From positions 1-52,345 of the forward strand of contig PBDG01000073.1 of NCBI GenBank assembly GCA_002717225.1: 52,345 nucleotides of DNA. The letters are read 5' to 3'. The notes under the pieces are model-generated. The model made no database searches, had not been told where the DNA came from, and saw nothing but the letters and a program-made list of their open reading frames with translations. A program made the translations under genes and the position numbers. Positions 9,473 through 18,320 of the stretch are shown piece after piece. Source of the DNA: Rhodospirillaceae bacterium (lineage in GTDB: Bacteria > Pseudomonadota > Alphaproteobacteria > UBA828). The stretch's first letter is position 1; each line of letters starts with the position of its first letter.

Positions 9473-9521
9473 GGCGAGATTTGAATGGAAACGTTTGGCG
9501 ACGGGCTCTAACGTCGCGCCA

Positions 9522-10088
9522 ATGACTTCGGATGAGGCTCTGCAAATTTTCCGGGACACAGGCGCATGGTTGGACGGACATTTTATCCTGCGCAGCGGCA
9601 AGCATAGCCGGCAGTTTTTCCAGTGTGCCCTAGCACTGCAGCAAATGCCGGTGGTGGAAAAACTGGGAGCAGCGCTAGCAGCTCGTGTCCGGGATTTGCG
9701 CCCCACCACGGTGGTATCACCGGCGATGGGGGGTCTGGTGATTGGCCAAGAAGTGGCGCGACAACTGGGAACACGTTTCATTTTTCTCGAAAAAGAAGAT
9801 GGGGCACTCGCGCTTCGGCGCGGATTTGAAATTGAGGACGGCGAGAGAATCCTGATCGTGGAGGATGTCGTCACCGCCGGCGGGCGCGTGCGCGAAACCA
9901 TGGATATTGTCAGGCAACACTCCGGCGATATTGTGGGCGTTGCGCTGGTGGTGGATCGGTCCAATGGCTTGGTGGATCTTGATGTGCCCACGGAAAGCCT
10001 CATGCGCATGGAGGTGGAAACCTTTGCCCCGGACGCCCTGCCGGAGGACTTAAAAAAAATCCCGGTCAGACACCCAGGGAGTAAATAA
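9522..10088 (+). CDS. pyrE: Orotate phosphoribosyltransferase
   Basis: [11 protein letters not shown] near the N-terminus and a PRPP-binding loop [13 protein letters not shown] prefer the start at ATG 9522 (alternative 9471). Confidence 0.85.
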   Translation: MTSDEALQIFRDTGAWLDGHFILRSGKHSRQFFQCALALQQMPVVEKLGAALAARVRDLRPTTVVSPAMGGLVIGQEVARQLGTRFIFLEKEDGALALRRGFEIEDGERILIVEDVVTAGGRVRETMDIVRQHSGDIVGVALVVDRSNGLVDLDVPTESLMRMEVETFAPDALPEDLKKIPVRHPGSK

Positions 10089-10117
10089 ACAGGCCGCCAT
10101 GCACGTCCATACTGACG

Positions 10118-10792
10118 ATGTTCAAAAAGCACATCACGAGCGGTCGGCTCATGGGGTTGGCACTTCTAGCTTTTTTGGGTGCAAGTTGTGGCCCCAGCCA
10201 ATATACCCCTTCACCTTCGGATACCCATAACATGGAAACCCCAAAGGATTCACCCTCAGCGCCCAATGGCAAAACCAAGGTTGCCACCCTTGGCGGGGGA
10301 TGTTTTTGGTGTGTCGAGGCCGTATTTGAACGTATTCGCGGTGTCGAGGCCGTTATATCCGGTTATGCCGGCGGTCGGGTGGAAAACCCCACCTACGATG
10401 CAGTTTGCACCGGTGCCACCGGTCACGCTGAGGTTTGCCAAATCCATTTCAATCCGGAAGAGATCTCTTTTGAAACCTTGCTGGAGGTGTTCTGGCTGAC
10501 GCATGACCCCACCACTTTGAATCGCCAAGGCAATGACGTGGGCACTCAGTATCGATCAGTCATCTATTATCACGATGAATCCCAGAAAGAGACCGCGGAG
10601 AAATCCATCGCCAAGGCCGGAGGAAAATTTGAAAACAAGATCGTGACGGAACTGGCTCCGCTGCCCAAATTCTACGAAGCCGAGAAATATCATCAGGATT
10701 ATTTTGCAAAAAATCCGGATCAGCCATACTGCGCGGTCATCATTCCGCCCAAGCTTGAGAAGATCAGGGGAATGGAGTTTTTCAAGCCTTAG
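10118..10792 (+). CDS. msrA: Peptide-methionine (S)-S-oxide reductase, probable lipoprotein/secreted form
   Basis: [12 protein letters not shown] active-site motif. N-terminal hydrophobic signal ending LGASC. 224 aa. Confidence 0.9.
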   Translation: MFKKHITSGRLMGLALLAFLGASCGPSQYTPSPSDTHNMETPKDSPSAPNGKTKVATLGGGCFWCVEAVFERIRGVEAVISGYAGGRVENPTYDAVCTGATGHAEVCQIHFNPEEISFETLLEVFWLTHDPTTLNRQGNDVGTQYRSVIYYHDESQKETAEKSIAKAGGKFENKIVTELAPLPKFYEAEKYHQDYFAKNPDQPYCAVIIPPKLEKIRGMEFFKP

Positions 10793-10818
10793 CCCGATCA
10801 TAAAATTGCGCCGTTTCC

Positions 10819-10847
10819 TTGACGAAACCGGCCTCCTCCACTCTAAT
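10819..10847 (+). promoter_or_regulatory. Putative sigma-70-type promoter (near-leaderless) of the first repeat-protein gene
   Basis: TTGACG (10819-10824), a 17-nt spacer, then TCTAAT (10842-10847). ATG 10856 is 8 nt downstream and there is no Shine-Dalgarno sequence. Confidence 0.35.
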
Positions 10848-10855
10848 CTCCTGAC

Positions 10856-12697
10856 ATGAAGAAGATCATCCAATCCCTCATCTGCCTCTCCTTGTCTGGA
10901 CTGGCTGCCGCCGATGAGCCACAACCGAAGGCGCTGAAGAAAATCCGCCCCGTACCCGCCCCGGCCATCAAACAAGTTCCCCGCGAGATTGCCGCTGAGC
11001 ATTTTCAAAAACTATTAAAGCAAAGGCTGGAGCTGAAAAACCCCAATGTGGTGATCCGAAAACAAATCCCGCGCCTGAACGCGCCAGAGCCCTTGATTAT
11101 TCCCCCGCAGCAGCTTTGGGGTGGCCCCGTTCCGCCTCTTCAGAACGGACTGGCTCGGCCCAGCACCACCAGCCTACCCCCTTTCCAAGCCAAGAAACAA
11201 GTGGAAGCGGTCATGCTTCTCGATGGCAGCCACATGCAGGGCAAGTTCATCTCTTATGATGACAAGACCGGTCTCACGTGGCGCCATCCCAACATGAAGT
11301 CGGACTTGGAAATTGACCCCAAAGGGATTGCCCGTGTCACCTTCGCCCCGGCCAAGAATACCACCGCCAAGCCCGCCCGCGCGCGCGTCCGACTCATCAA
11401 CGGCGACACTCTTGACGGTGACCTGGCCGAGATGAACGACAAACACCTCATCCTTTCCACCTCCTTTGCAGGTCGGCTGGCCGTTAACCGGGCTGCCGTA
11501 CAAACCCTCATTCCCGGCGAGACTGCGGGGACGGCCTTTTACGAAGGCCCCAAGGACGCGAAGAAATGGACCTTTACCAACTCCAATGCCGTGAATTTCC
11601 AGGGCGGCTTCAGGCCCGGCCCTCTGCCCCCCGCTGTTCAGCAACAACTCAAGGCACGTTCCCAAGCCAAATGGACCCTCAAGGACGGAATCCTCACCAG
11701 CAGCGGCTCCGGCGCCCAAGTCGGCCGTGAGTTTGACAAGATTGGTGACAAGACCAACCTCGAGTTTGATGTCCAGTGGAACAGCTCCCTCAGCCTTTAC
11801 GTTTGCTTGCTGACGGATAATTTGAAGAGCTACAGTATGGGCAACTCATATTGCCTGCGCATTTCCCAGACCAGCGCCTACATGTACCGGTACGAAAATG
11901 CAAACGGCCGCCGCCGGACCAGTCGTCTGGGCAGCACCGTGCGCTATAACATCAGCGGCGCGCCCCGCGCCCACGTCTCGATTCGTGTCGACAAAACCAA
12001 GAAACGCATTGTGCTTTATATCAACGGCAAACAAGCCGGCCTATGGAACGATCCCGGCAAATTTGTTTCCAAGAAAAACGGTATCCTTTTTTCCGCACGA
12101 ACCAGCAACCCGATGGCCATTGCCAACATCAGGCTTAGCGAGTGGAGCGGCCAGATTCAGCAGGCCGGCGACAACAGTATCGGTGACGGAAAGGAGGACT
12201 TCCTCCGACTGGTCAACAACGACACGCTGACCGGCCAGTTGATGGACATCAAGCGCGGCAGAATCGAGTTTAAGCCCGAGTTTGGGGAGGTCATCCCCAT
12301 CCCCATCGAGCGTGTGAACCTCATCCGGTTGGCTGATCCCGCCAAGGATCCCGCCGACGCCCAAAACCCCGTCCGGGCCAAGCTTCGCGGCCGAGGCCAA
12401 ATCACCGCCACTCTCAAGTCTTGGAAGGATAACAAAGTCATCCTTTCCAGCCCATCCCTAGGCGAGGCCACCGTGGAAGCTACCGCCATCGACTCCATTG
12501 ACTTCAATCTTGGCAAGAACAACCAAACCCAAACCGCTTCCGTCCCCGCGGTCAATCTACCACCCCGCAATAACCCGGCCGGCGTCATCAACATAAACGG
12601 CATCCAGCTTCCGGAGCAAAAATTGGACTTGAGAATCAACGGCGCCCGCATCGAGGTGCTTCCCCTCGCCCCCATTGTTCCAAAGAAAAAGCGTTAG
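10856..12697 (+). CDS. Secreted hypothetical protein: 2 + 2 copies of a ~42-aa module flanking a ConA-like (LamG/DUF1080-like) beta-sandwich; paralog 1
   Basis: 613 aa. Signal peptide MKKIIQSLICLSLSGLAAA, followed by a Pro-rich linker. Repeats sit at aa ~120-163, 178-219, 449-491 and 507-550. The central domain ends IANIRLSEW. It is a clear paralog of the next gene. Confidence 0.7.
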   Translation: MKKIIQSLICLSLSGLAAADEPQPKALKKIRPVPAPAIKQVPREIAAEHFQKLLKQRLELKNPNVVIRKQIPRLNAPEPLIIPPQQLWGGPVPPLQNGLARPSTTSLPPFQAKKQVEAVMLLDGSHMQGKFISYDDKTGLTWRHPNMKSDLEIDPKGIARVTFAPAKNTTAKPARARVRLINGDTLDGDLAEMNDKHLILSTSFAGRLAVNRAAVQTLIPGETAGTAFYEGPKDAKKWTFTNSNAVNFQGGFRPGPLPPAVQQQLKARSQAKWTLKDGILTSSGSGAQVGREFDKIGDKTNLEFDVQWNSSLSLYVCLLTDNLKSYSMGNSYCLRISQTSAYMYRYENANGRRRTSRLGSTVRYNISGAPRAHVSIRVDKTKKRIVLYINGKQAGLWNDPGKFVSKKNGILFSARTSNPMAIANIRLSEWSGQIQQAGDNSIGDGKEDFLRLVNNDTLTGQLMDIKRGRIEFKPEFGEVIPIPIERVNLIRLADPAKDPADAQNPVRAKLRGRGQITATLKSWKDNKVILSSPSLGEATVEATAIDSIDFNLGKNNQTQTASVPAVNLPPRNNPAGVININGIQLPEQKLDLRINGARIEVLPLAPIVPKKKR

Positions 12698-12747
12698 CCA
12701 ACGTTCCACCAGTTGACCCCGGTTCAGCACTCAGGTAGGCTTCTTGC

Positions 12748-14259
12748 ATGAGGAGAGCCGGTCCATTCTTCACCACCGTGCTGTGTGCAGCCAGCCTGTA
12801 CGCGAACAAGGTTATTGTCCCCCAGCGGCTGGTATCCCCCAGCGCGCCAATTGTCCGAACAGCACCGGTGGCCCGGATCTCCGTTGAACATGTCCAGTTC
12901 CTTAACGGGGACCGACTGCAGGGAAAACTCATCGGATTCAATCCAAAGCAAGGCTTGGTCTGGAGACATGAGGGCATCAAGCCAGACCTCAACATTGACC
13001 CCGCCATGCTCCGCAGCGTCCAGCTGGTTACCAAGCCCGCGGCCATTCCCGGCCGTGATCGAGCCCGCCTCACCAATGGCGACGAGCTTCCCGGGAAAAT
13101 CGTCGAACTCAACGAAGGGCAGCTCACATTTGAAACCTCATACGCCGGTAACCTGCAAATTAAACGCCCCCAACTCAGCGCCCTGCTGCCCGGCGAAACC
13201 TCTGGCGAGGCCATCTATGAAGGCCCCACGGATGCCAACGGCTGGGTCAACCAGGTCAATGGGAAAATCAAGAATCAACCCTCCGCCTCCTATTGGCATT
13301 TCAAGAATGGCGCCTTCCACAGCCAAGGCTCCAGCGTCGTTATCGGCCGCCATCTGCCCGACCTTCCTGATCGCGTGAACTTTGAATTTCAAGCGTCATG
13401 GGCTTCATCCCTAAGCCTGTACATCAACCTTTTCACCGACCGGTTCACCGGCTACAGCTCAGGAAACTCCTACTGTATGCGTCTCACCCAATCCAGCGCG
13501 CGCATGTACCGATACCAAAACAACGGGCAAGGCAGCTCCTCCCGCAGCATTGGCTCGACCAAATCCTTCAACATTCCCGAGGTCCACTCTAATCGCACGG
13601 CCCACATCTCTATCCGCGTGGATCGCCGCCAAAAAAAAATCGCCCTCATCGTCAACGGACGTTTCATCAACCAATGGTCCGACACCTTGGACTTTGCAGG
13701 GCGCGGCAATGGCCTGATGTTCACCACTCGCACCAGCGCTGCCATGACCTTGAGTCGCCTTCGGGTCAGCAAGTGGAACGGCAGCCTCCCGGGTCTTGTG
13801 AAATCAGGCGGGGCGGCTGGAAGCAACGACCACATACAATTGACCAATTCCGATTCCCTCAGCGGCAAGCTACTTACCATCAAAGCGGGCAAAGCTTCCC
13901 TCAACAGTGCTTTTGGGCAGGATATGAAAATCCCTCTCGCCCGAATCAGTGTGATTCAGCTGGCAAACCCCGCACCATCCGCCGCCGCGCCAAACACTGT
14001 CCGACTAACCCTCGCTAACCACGCCCGTGTCACCGCCCGGCTCATCGAATGGAGTGAAGGAAAAGTCAAGATCCACCACCCCGCCATTGGCAACCTCACC
14101 CTCGATAGCGCCGCAATCCGGCTAATCGATTTTGTCAACCAACCGCAAACCAGTGCCCCAACCACGAGTCGGGCACAACCCGAACTTATCGAGCTGCAGG
14201 AAGCCGTTCGCATTCATGAAGATGTAGAGGCTGAGCTGATCCAGAAAATCGAGCGGTAG
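12748..14259 (+). CDS. Secreted hypothetical protein, paralog 2 of the preceding gene (same repeat / ConA-like architecture)
   Basis: 503 aa with an N-terminal hydrophobic signal. Repeats sit at aa ~50-92, 106-147, 363-405 and 418-462. It is collinear with paralog 1, for example YEGPTDANGW vs YEGPKDAKKW, and SSLSLYINLFTD...GNSYCMRL vs SSLSLYVCLLTD...GNSYCLRI. Confidence 0.7.
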   Translation: MRRAGPFFTTVLCAASLYANKVIVPQRLVSPSAPIVRTAPVARISVEHVQFLNGDRLQGKLIGFNPKQGLVWRHEGIKPDLNIDPAMLRSVQLVTKPAAIPGRDRARLTNGDELPGKIVELNEGQLTFETSYAGNLQIKRPQLSALLPGETSGEAIYEGPTDANGWVNQVNGKIKNQPSASYWHFKNGAFHSQGSSVVIGRHLPDLPDRVNFEFQASWASSLSLYINLFTDRFTGYSSGNSYCMRLTQSSARMYRYQNNGQGSSSRSIGSTKSFNIPEVHSNRTAHISIRVDRRQKKIALIVNGRFINQWSDTLDFAGRGNGLMFTTRTSAAMTLSRLRVSKWNGSLPGLVKSGGAAGSNDHIQLTNSDSLSGKLLTIKAGKASLNSAFGQDMKIPLARISVIQLANPAPSAAAPNTVRLTLANHARVTARLIEWSEGKVKIHHPAIGNLTLDSAAIRLIDFVNQPQTSAPTTSRAQPELIELQEAVRIHEDVEAELIQKIER

Positions 14260-14304
14260 TCCGGCATTTGCCGCCCTCATGCGCATCTGTTACTCTCCCC
14301 GCGC

Positions 14305-15807
14305 ATGGCCCACTACTCTTATCGTGAATTTCTGAACCATCTCGAAGCTGCTGGCGAACTTCGGCGCATTCGGCAGGCTGTCGCCACCGAGCTGGAAATC
14401 ACCGAGATCGCCAATCGCGAGATGAAAAAAACCGGTGGTGGGCAGGCCCTCCTTTTTGAGCAGCCCACGGTCAACGGCACGCCCGCCTCCATCCCCCTCG
14501 CCATCAACACATACGGCAGTGAAAAACGCATGGCCATGCCCCTCGGCCGCGACTCTGTCGCGGATGCCGCCGCCGAATTGAACAAACTCGTCAAGGCCAA
14601 GCCTCCCACCAATCTCGGCGAGGCCTTCAAGCTTCTGGGCACAGCTCTGGATCTTCGCCATGCCAAACCAAAGAAAGTCAACGACGGACCCTGCAAAGAG
14701 GTCATCCATAAATTTGAATCAAAGGAAAACGAGACTGGGGATTTCCCGACCCTATTGAATCTCCCCATCCAACAATGCTGGCCACAGGACGCCGGGCGTT
14801 TCATCACCCTCCCTTGTGTCGTTACTCATGATCCTGACACCGGAGAGAGAAACCTCGGCATGTACCGCATGCAGGTGTTCGACGGACAAACCACCGCCCT
14901 CCACTGGCAGTTGCAAAAGGTCGCCGCCCGTCACGGTCGCCGCTATTACGAGAAGGGCGAGCGCATGCCTGTCAGTGTTTTTCTGGGCGGCGATCCAGTT
15001 TACGCCTTTTGCGCCAGCGCGCCTTTGCCCGATGGACTTGATGAACTTCTCCTGGCCGGCTGGCTCCGCCAAAAATCCGTGCCGTTGATTAAATGCGAAA
15101 CCAACGACCTTGAAGTACCCGCAGATGCAGACATCATCCTCGAGGGCTATGTCGACCCCACAGAACCCCTGCGCGACGAGGGCCCGTTCGGCGATCACAC
15201 CGGCTACTACACGCTCCCGGAAAAATATCCGGCCTTCCATCTCACCGCCATCACCCACCGTCGCGAGCCCGTCTATCCCAGCACGATCGTCGGCCAGCCG
15301 CCGATGGAAGACTTCTACCTCGGCACCGCCAGCGTCCGGCTCTTCCTGCCCATTCTGAAGATGAACTTCCCTGAATTGGTGGACCTCGCCTTGCCCGCCG
15401 AAGGCGTCTTCCACAACCTCGTTTTTGTCAGCATCAAGAAGACCTACCCCATGCAGGCCTTCAAGATCATGCACGGCCTATGGGGCGCGGGCCAAATGAT
15501 GTTTGCCAAGTATATCATCGTGGTCGACGACGACGTGGACGTGCACAATACCAGCGAAGTTCTCTTCCGCCTTGGCGCCTGTACAGACCCCCAACGGGAT
15601 GCCCTCTTCACCCGTGGCCCTGCGGATGTTCTGGATCATGCCACCACTGATCTAGCCATCGGCACCAAGCTCGGCCTTGACGCCACCCACAAACTTCCCG
15701 GCGAAAGCGGCTTCCACCGTGACTGGCCGCCCATCATTAAAATGGACGAAGCCGTAAAGAAAAAGGTGGATGAAATTCTTGGATCTGTCCCAAACGAGGA
15801 TAGTTAA
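14305..15807 (+). CDS. UbiD-family (prenylated-FMN dependent) decarboxylase, menaquinone/ubiquinone-biosynthesis type
   Basis: 500 aa. The N-terminal YREFLNHLEAAGELRRI and overall collinearity are typical of UbiD-family decarboxylases. Confidence 0.8.
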   Translation: MAHYSYREFLNHLEAAGELRRIRQAVATELEITEIANREMKKTGGGQALLFEQPTVNGTPASIPLAINTYGSEKRMAMPLGRDSVADAAAELNKLVKAKPPTNLGEAFKLLGTALDLRHAKPKKVNDGPCKEVIHKFESKENETGDFPTLLNLPIQQCWPQDAGRFITLPCVVTHDPDTGERNLGMYRMQVFDGQTTALHWQLQKVAARHGRRYYEKGERMPVSVFLGGDPVYAFCASAPLPDGLDELLLAGWLRQKSVPLIKCETNDLEVPADADIILEGYVDPTEPLRDEGPFGDHTGYYTLPEKYPAFHLTAITHRREPVYPSTIVGQPPMEDFYLGTASVRLFLPILKMNFPELVDLALPAEGVFHNLVFVSIKKTYPMQAFKIMHGLWGAGQMMFAKYIIVVDDDVDVHNTSEVLFRLGACTDPQRDALFTRGPADVLDHATTDLAIGTKLGLDATHKLPGESGFHRDWPPIIKMDEAVKKKVDEILGSVPNEDS

Positions 15808-15863
15808 TCCGATACAGGGAAATTATCTCTGTGTTCCCTGCGTCTCTATGGTAAAACCCGCCC

Positions 15864-17198
15864 ATGCGAACTCTCATTCTTACCGTGGGACTGATAGTCA
15901 CTGCCTTGTCTTCACAAGCAGCCAAGCCAAATATCGTCATGATCCTAGTGGATGATTTGGGATATTCCGACCTGTCCTCATTCGGCGGCACCGATATCCA
16001 AACGCCAGCCATCGACAAGCTCATGAACTCCGGATTGAGGTTTGACCAATATTATTCCAACTGCACCGTCTGCACACCCACGCGCGCATCCCTTCTGACC
16101 GGACGTTACCCCGATATAGTTGGCGCCCCCGGAGTGATTCGACAATGGGATAAGGACAGTTGGGGCTACTTCAAGCCAACTGGGCCGACCTTGCCCGAGC
16201 TGATGCGCAAGGCCGGCTATCACACCGCCATGGTGGGCAAATGGCACTTGGGGTTTGAGTCACCCAACATTCCGAATGACCGCGGCTTTGACTTCTTTCA
16301 CGGTTTTCTGGCGGATATGATGGATGACTACTGGACCCATCTTCGTGGCGGAGTTAACTGGATGCGCCTCAACAAGGAAGAAGTGAAACCCAAGGGCCAC
16401 GCCACGGAAGTGTTCACTCGCTGGGCCATTGACTACATCAAGGAACAAACCGCCAGTAAAAAGCAGCCCTTTTTCCTCTACCTTGCCTACAATGCTCCCC
16501 ATTTCCCCATCCAGCCCCCCAAGGATTGGCTGGAAAAAGTGCAAAAACGAGAACCGCAACTCGACAAAAAGCGCGCCACCAACGTCGCGTTTGTTGAACA
16601 CATGGATCACGAGATCGGCAAGTTTCTTGACGCCGTCAACGAGCTCGGCATCGCCAATGACACTCTCATTGTCTTTTCCTCCGACAACGGCGGATCCATT
16701 CCTCACGGTGCCCTGAACGGCAAGTTGCGAGGAGGCAAACAAGACCATTGGGAAGGAGGCATCCGTGTTCCAACCTGCGCCGTGTGGCCCGGCACCATTC
16801 CTGTTGGCCGCACAAGTGCCCCGGGAATCACGATGGATCTTCTGCCAACTTTTTGCGAAATAGCGGGGGCCAACGTAAAACACGAAATTGATGGTCAAAG
16901 CCTGGCCAACGTCCTGCTCAAAGGGGGCAAGGGTGATCCCCACCGGACCCTTGTGTTCGTTCGCCGCGAAGGCAACCGTCGTTATCAAGGAAGAGCTTAC
17001 TACGCCATTCGTAAAGGCCCCTGGAAACTCCTACAGAACAATCCCTTTGAACCCATGAAGCTGGTGAATCTCGAGAAAGATCCCGCCGAGAAAAAACCCT
17101 TGCCGTTAAACAGTAAAATTGCCAACGAGTTGACACGCACACTTATGGATCATATTCAAAAAGCAGGCACCACCCCATGGCGAAAGCCAAATCGATAG
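15864..17198 (+). CDS. Arylsulfatase-family sulfatase (formylglycine-dependent), secreted
   Basis: Signal peptide, then PNIVMILVDDLGYSD. The sulfatase signature CTVCTPTRASLLTGR contains the C-x-P-x-R formylglycine motif, and GKWHLG is also present. Confidence 0.9.
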   Translation: MRTLILTVGLIVTALSSQAAKPNIVMILVDDLGYSDLSSFGGTDIQTPAIDKLMNSGLRFDQYYSNCTVCTPTRASLLTGRYPDIVGAPGVIRQWDKDSWGYFKPTGPTLPELMRKAGYHTAMVGKWHLGFESPNIPNDRGFDFFHGFLADMMDDYWTHLRGGVNWMRLNKEEVKPKGHATEVFTRWAIDYIKEQTASKKQPFFLYLAYNAPHFPIQPPKDWLEKVQKREPQLDKKRATNVAFVEHMDHEIGKFLDAVNELGIANDTLIVFSSDNGGSIPHGALNGKLRGGKQDHWEGGIRVPTCAVWPGTIPVGRTSAPGITMDLLPTFCEIAGANVKHEIDGQSLANVLLKGGKGDPHRTLVFVRREGNRRYQGRAYYAIRKGPWKLLQNNPFEPMKLVNLEKDPAEKKPLPLNSKIANELTRTLMDHIQKAGTTPWRKPNR

Positions 17199-17264
17199 AG
17201 ACAATTCTGGCTGTCGCGGAAAACCAGCCGAACCCGTCCTGCCGCAAGGGAAAACCAAAACCGC

Positions 17265-18320
17265 ATGAAAGACCCGTTTGAAAATATAACGAACCGCATC
17301 CGTTCCTTTATTGACGGCGGCCAAGATGATTTTGATGATCTGGCCCAAGCCCTCTTCGCCCTGCAATACGAGCACGTCATTCCCTACCGTAATTTCTGCG
17401 AATCACGAAGCATCACTCCCGGCAGCTCCAAGGTCATTCCTGCCATCCCAAGCACCGCATTCCGGGATTACGAAGTTACCAGTCTCGACACTGACGACCG
17501 TTCAGCCACATTCCATTCCAGCGGCACAACCACCCAAACTCCCAGCCGAAATTATCATAACCACGCCTCACTCAAGCTCTACGAACATTCCTTAACCACC
17601 ACTTACTCGAAAAACCTAACCGCCACTCCCCGCACCCTTTCTCTCACTCCAGCCCCAGCCAGCGCCCCTCACTCTTCGTTGGTCCATATGCTGCGGGCTG
17701 TCCAAGTCAACCCCATCTTCACTGGTGCATCCACCCCGACTGGCTGGAAAGTAGACACCGCCACCACCCTGAAAGAAATTCAGGCCAGCGATGCCCCCAT
17801 CACCATCATGGGAACCGCGTTCTCTTTCGTACACCTTTGCGACGAGATCACCCCCATCTCGTTGCCTCCGGGCTCACAAGTCATGGAAACCGGAGGCTAC
17901 AAGGGGCAGTCCCGGGAACTGGGCATGGCCGATCTCCACGCACTTATCACGGAAAAACTTGGTATTCTCCCCAGCCAAATCGTTCGCGAATACGGCATGT
18001 GCGAACTTAGTTCGCAAGCCTACGCCACAAGGGACGGTCACTTCCGTTTTCCCCACTGGGCCAAGACTCGAATTGTCTCCCCGGAAACAGGCCGCGAAGT
18101 CGCATCCGGCCAAACCGGAATTCTGGAAGTCATCGACCTTGCCAGCACTCGCTCAGTCCTCGCCATTCGCACTGGAGATCTCGCCATTCGTCACAGCGAG
18201 GACTTCGAACTCCTCGGGCGCGCAGCTTCAAGCGATCCCCGCGGCTGTTCTTTAAATGCAACCGATCTCGACAGCAGCCGTGCCCGTGAGGCACGGTCAC
18301 CCCATCATGGCCCCGCTTGA
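17265..18320 (+). CDS. LuxE-like acyl-protein synthetase (adenylate-forming superfamily)
   Basis: 351 aa. The N-terminal FDDLAQALFALQYEHVIPYRNFC...IPAIPSTAFRDYEV resembles LuxE-family N-termini. A degenerate AMP motif HSSGTTTQTPSR and a METGGYKG motif are present. Confidence 0.6.
   Translation: MKDPFENITNRIRSFIDGGQDDFDDLAQALFALQYEHVIPYRNFCESRSITPGSSKVIPAIPSTAFRDYEVTSLDTDDRSATFHSSGTTTQTPSRNYHNHASLKLYEHSLTTTYSKNLTATPRTLSLTPAPASAPHSSLVHMLRAVQVNPIFTGASTPTGWKVDTATTLKEIQASDAPITIMGTAFSFVHLCDEITPISLPPGSQVMETGGYKGQSRELGMADLHALITEKLGILPSQIVREYGMCELSSQAYATRDGHFRFPHWAKTRIVSPETGREVASGQTGILEVIDLASTRSVLAIRTGDLAIRHSEDFELLGRAASSDPRGCSLNATDLDSSRAREARSPHHGPA

Noticed and set aside
8756-10132. The full 458-aa minus-strand ORF
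   Set aside because: The N-terminal ~220 codons are Ser/Arg/Pro-rich and lie antisense to a well-supported pyrE. Only the C-terminal ~238 aa (hydrophobic, HExxH) look like a real protein.
13631-13639. An A9 homopolymer inside paralog 2 as a slipped-strand phase-variation switch
   Set aside because: Comparable A8/T8 tracts occur in housekeeping genes here (argS near 7924-7931, pyrE near 10052-10059, yicC near 44573-44580). The tract is therefore not distinctive evidence for phase variation.
15815-15840. Hairpin CAGGGAA-N12-TTCCCTG just after the ubiD-family stop, considered as an intrinsic terminator
   Set aside because: The 7-bp stem is perfect, but it has a 12-nt loop, modest GC content and no following U-tract. 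That is insufficient to call a terminator, though it could be a minor RNA structure.
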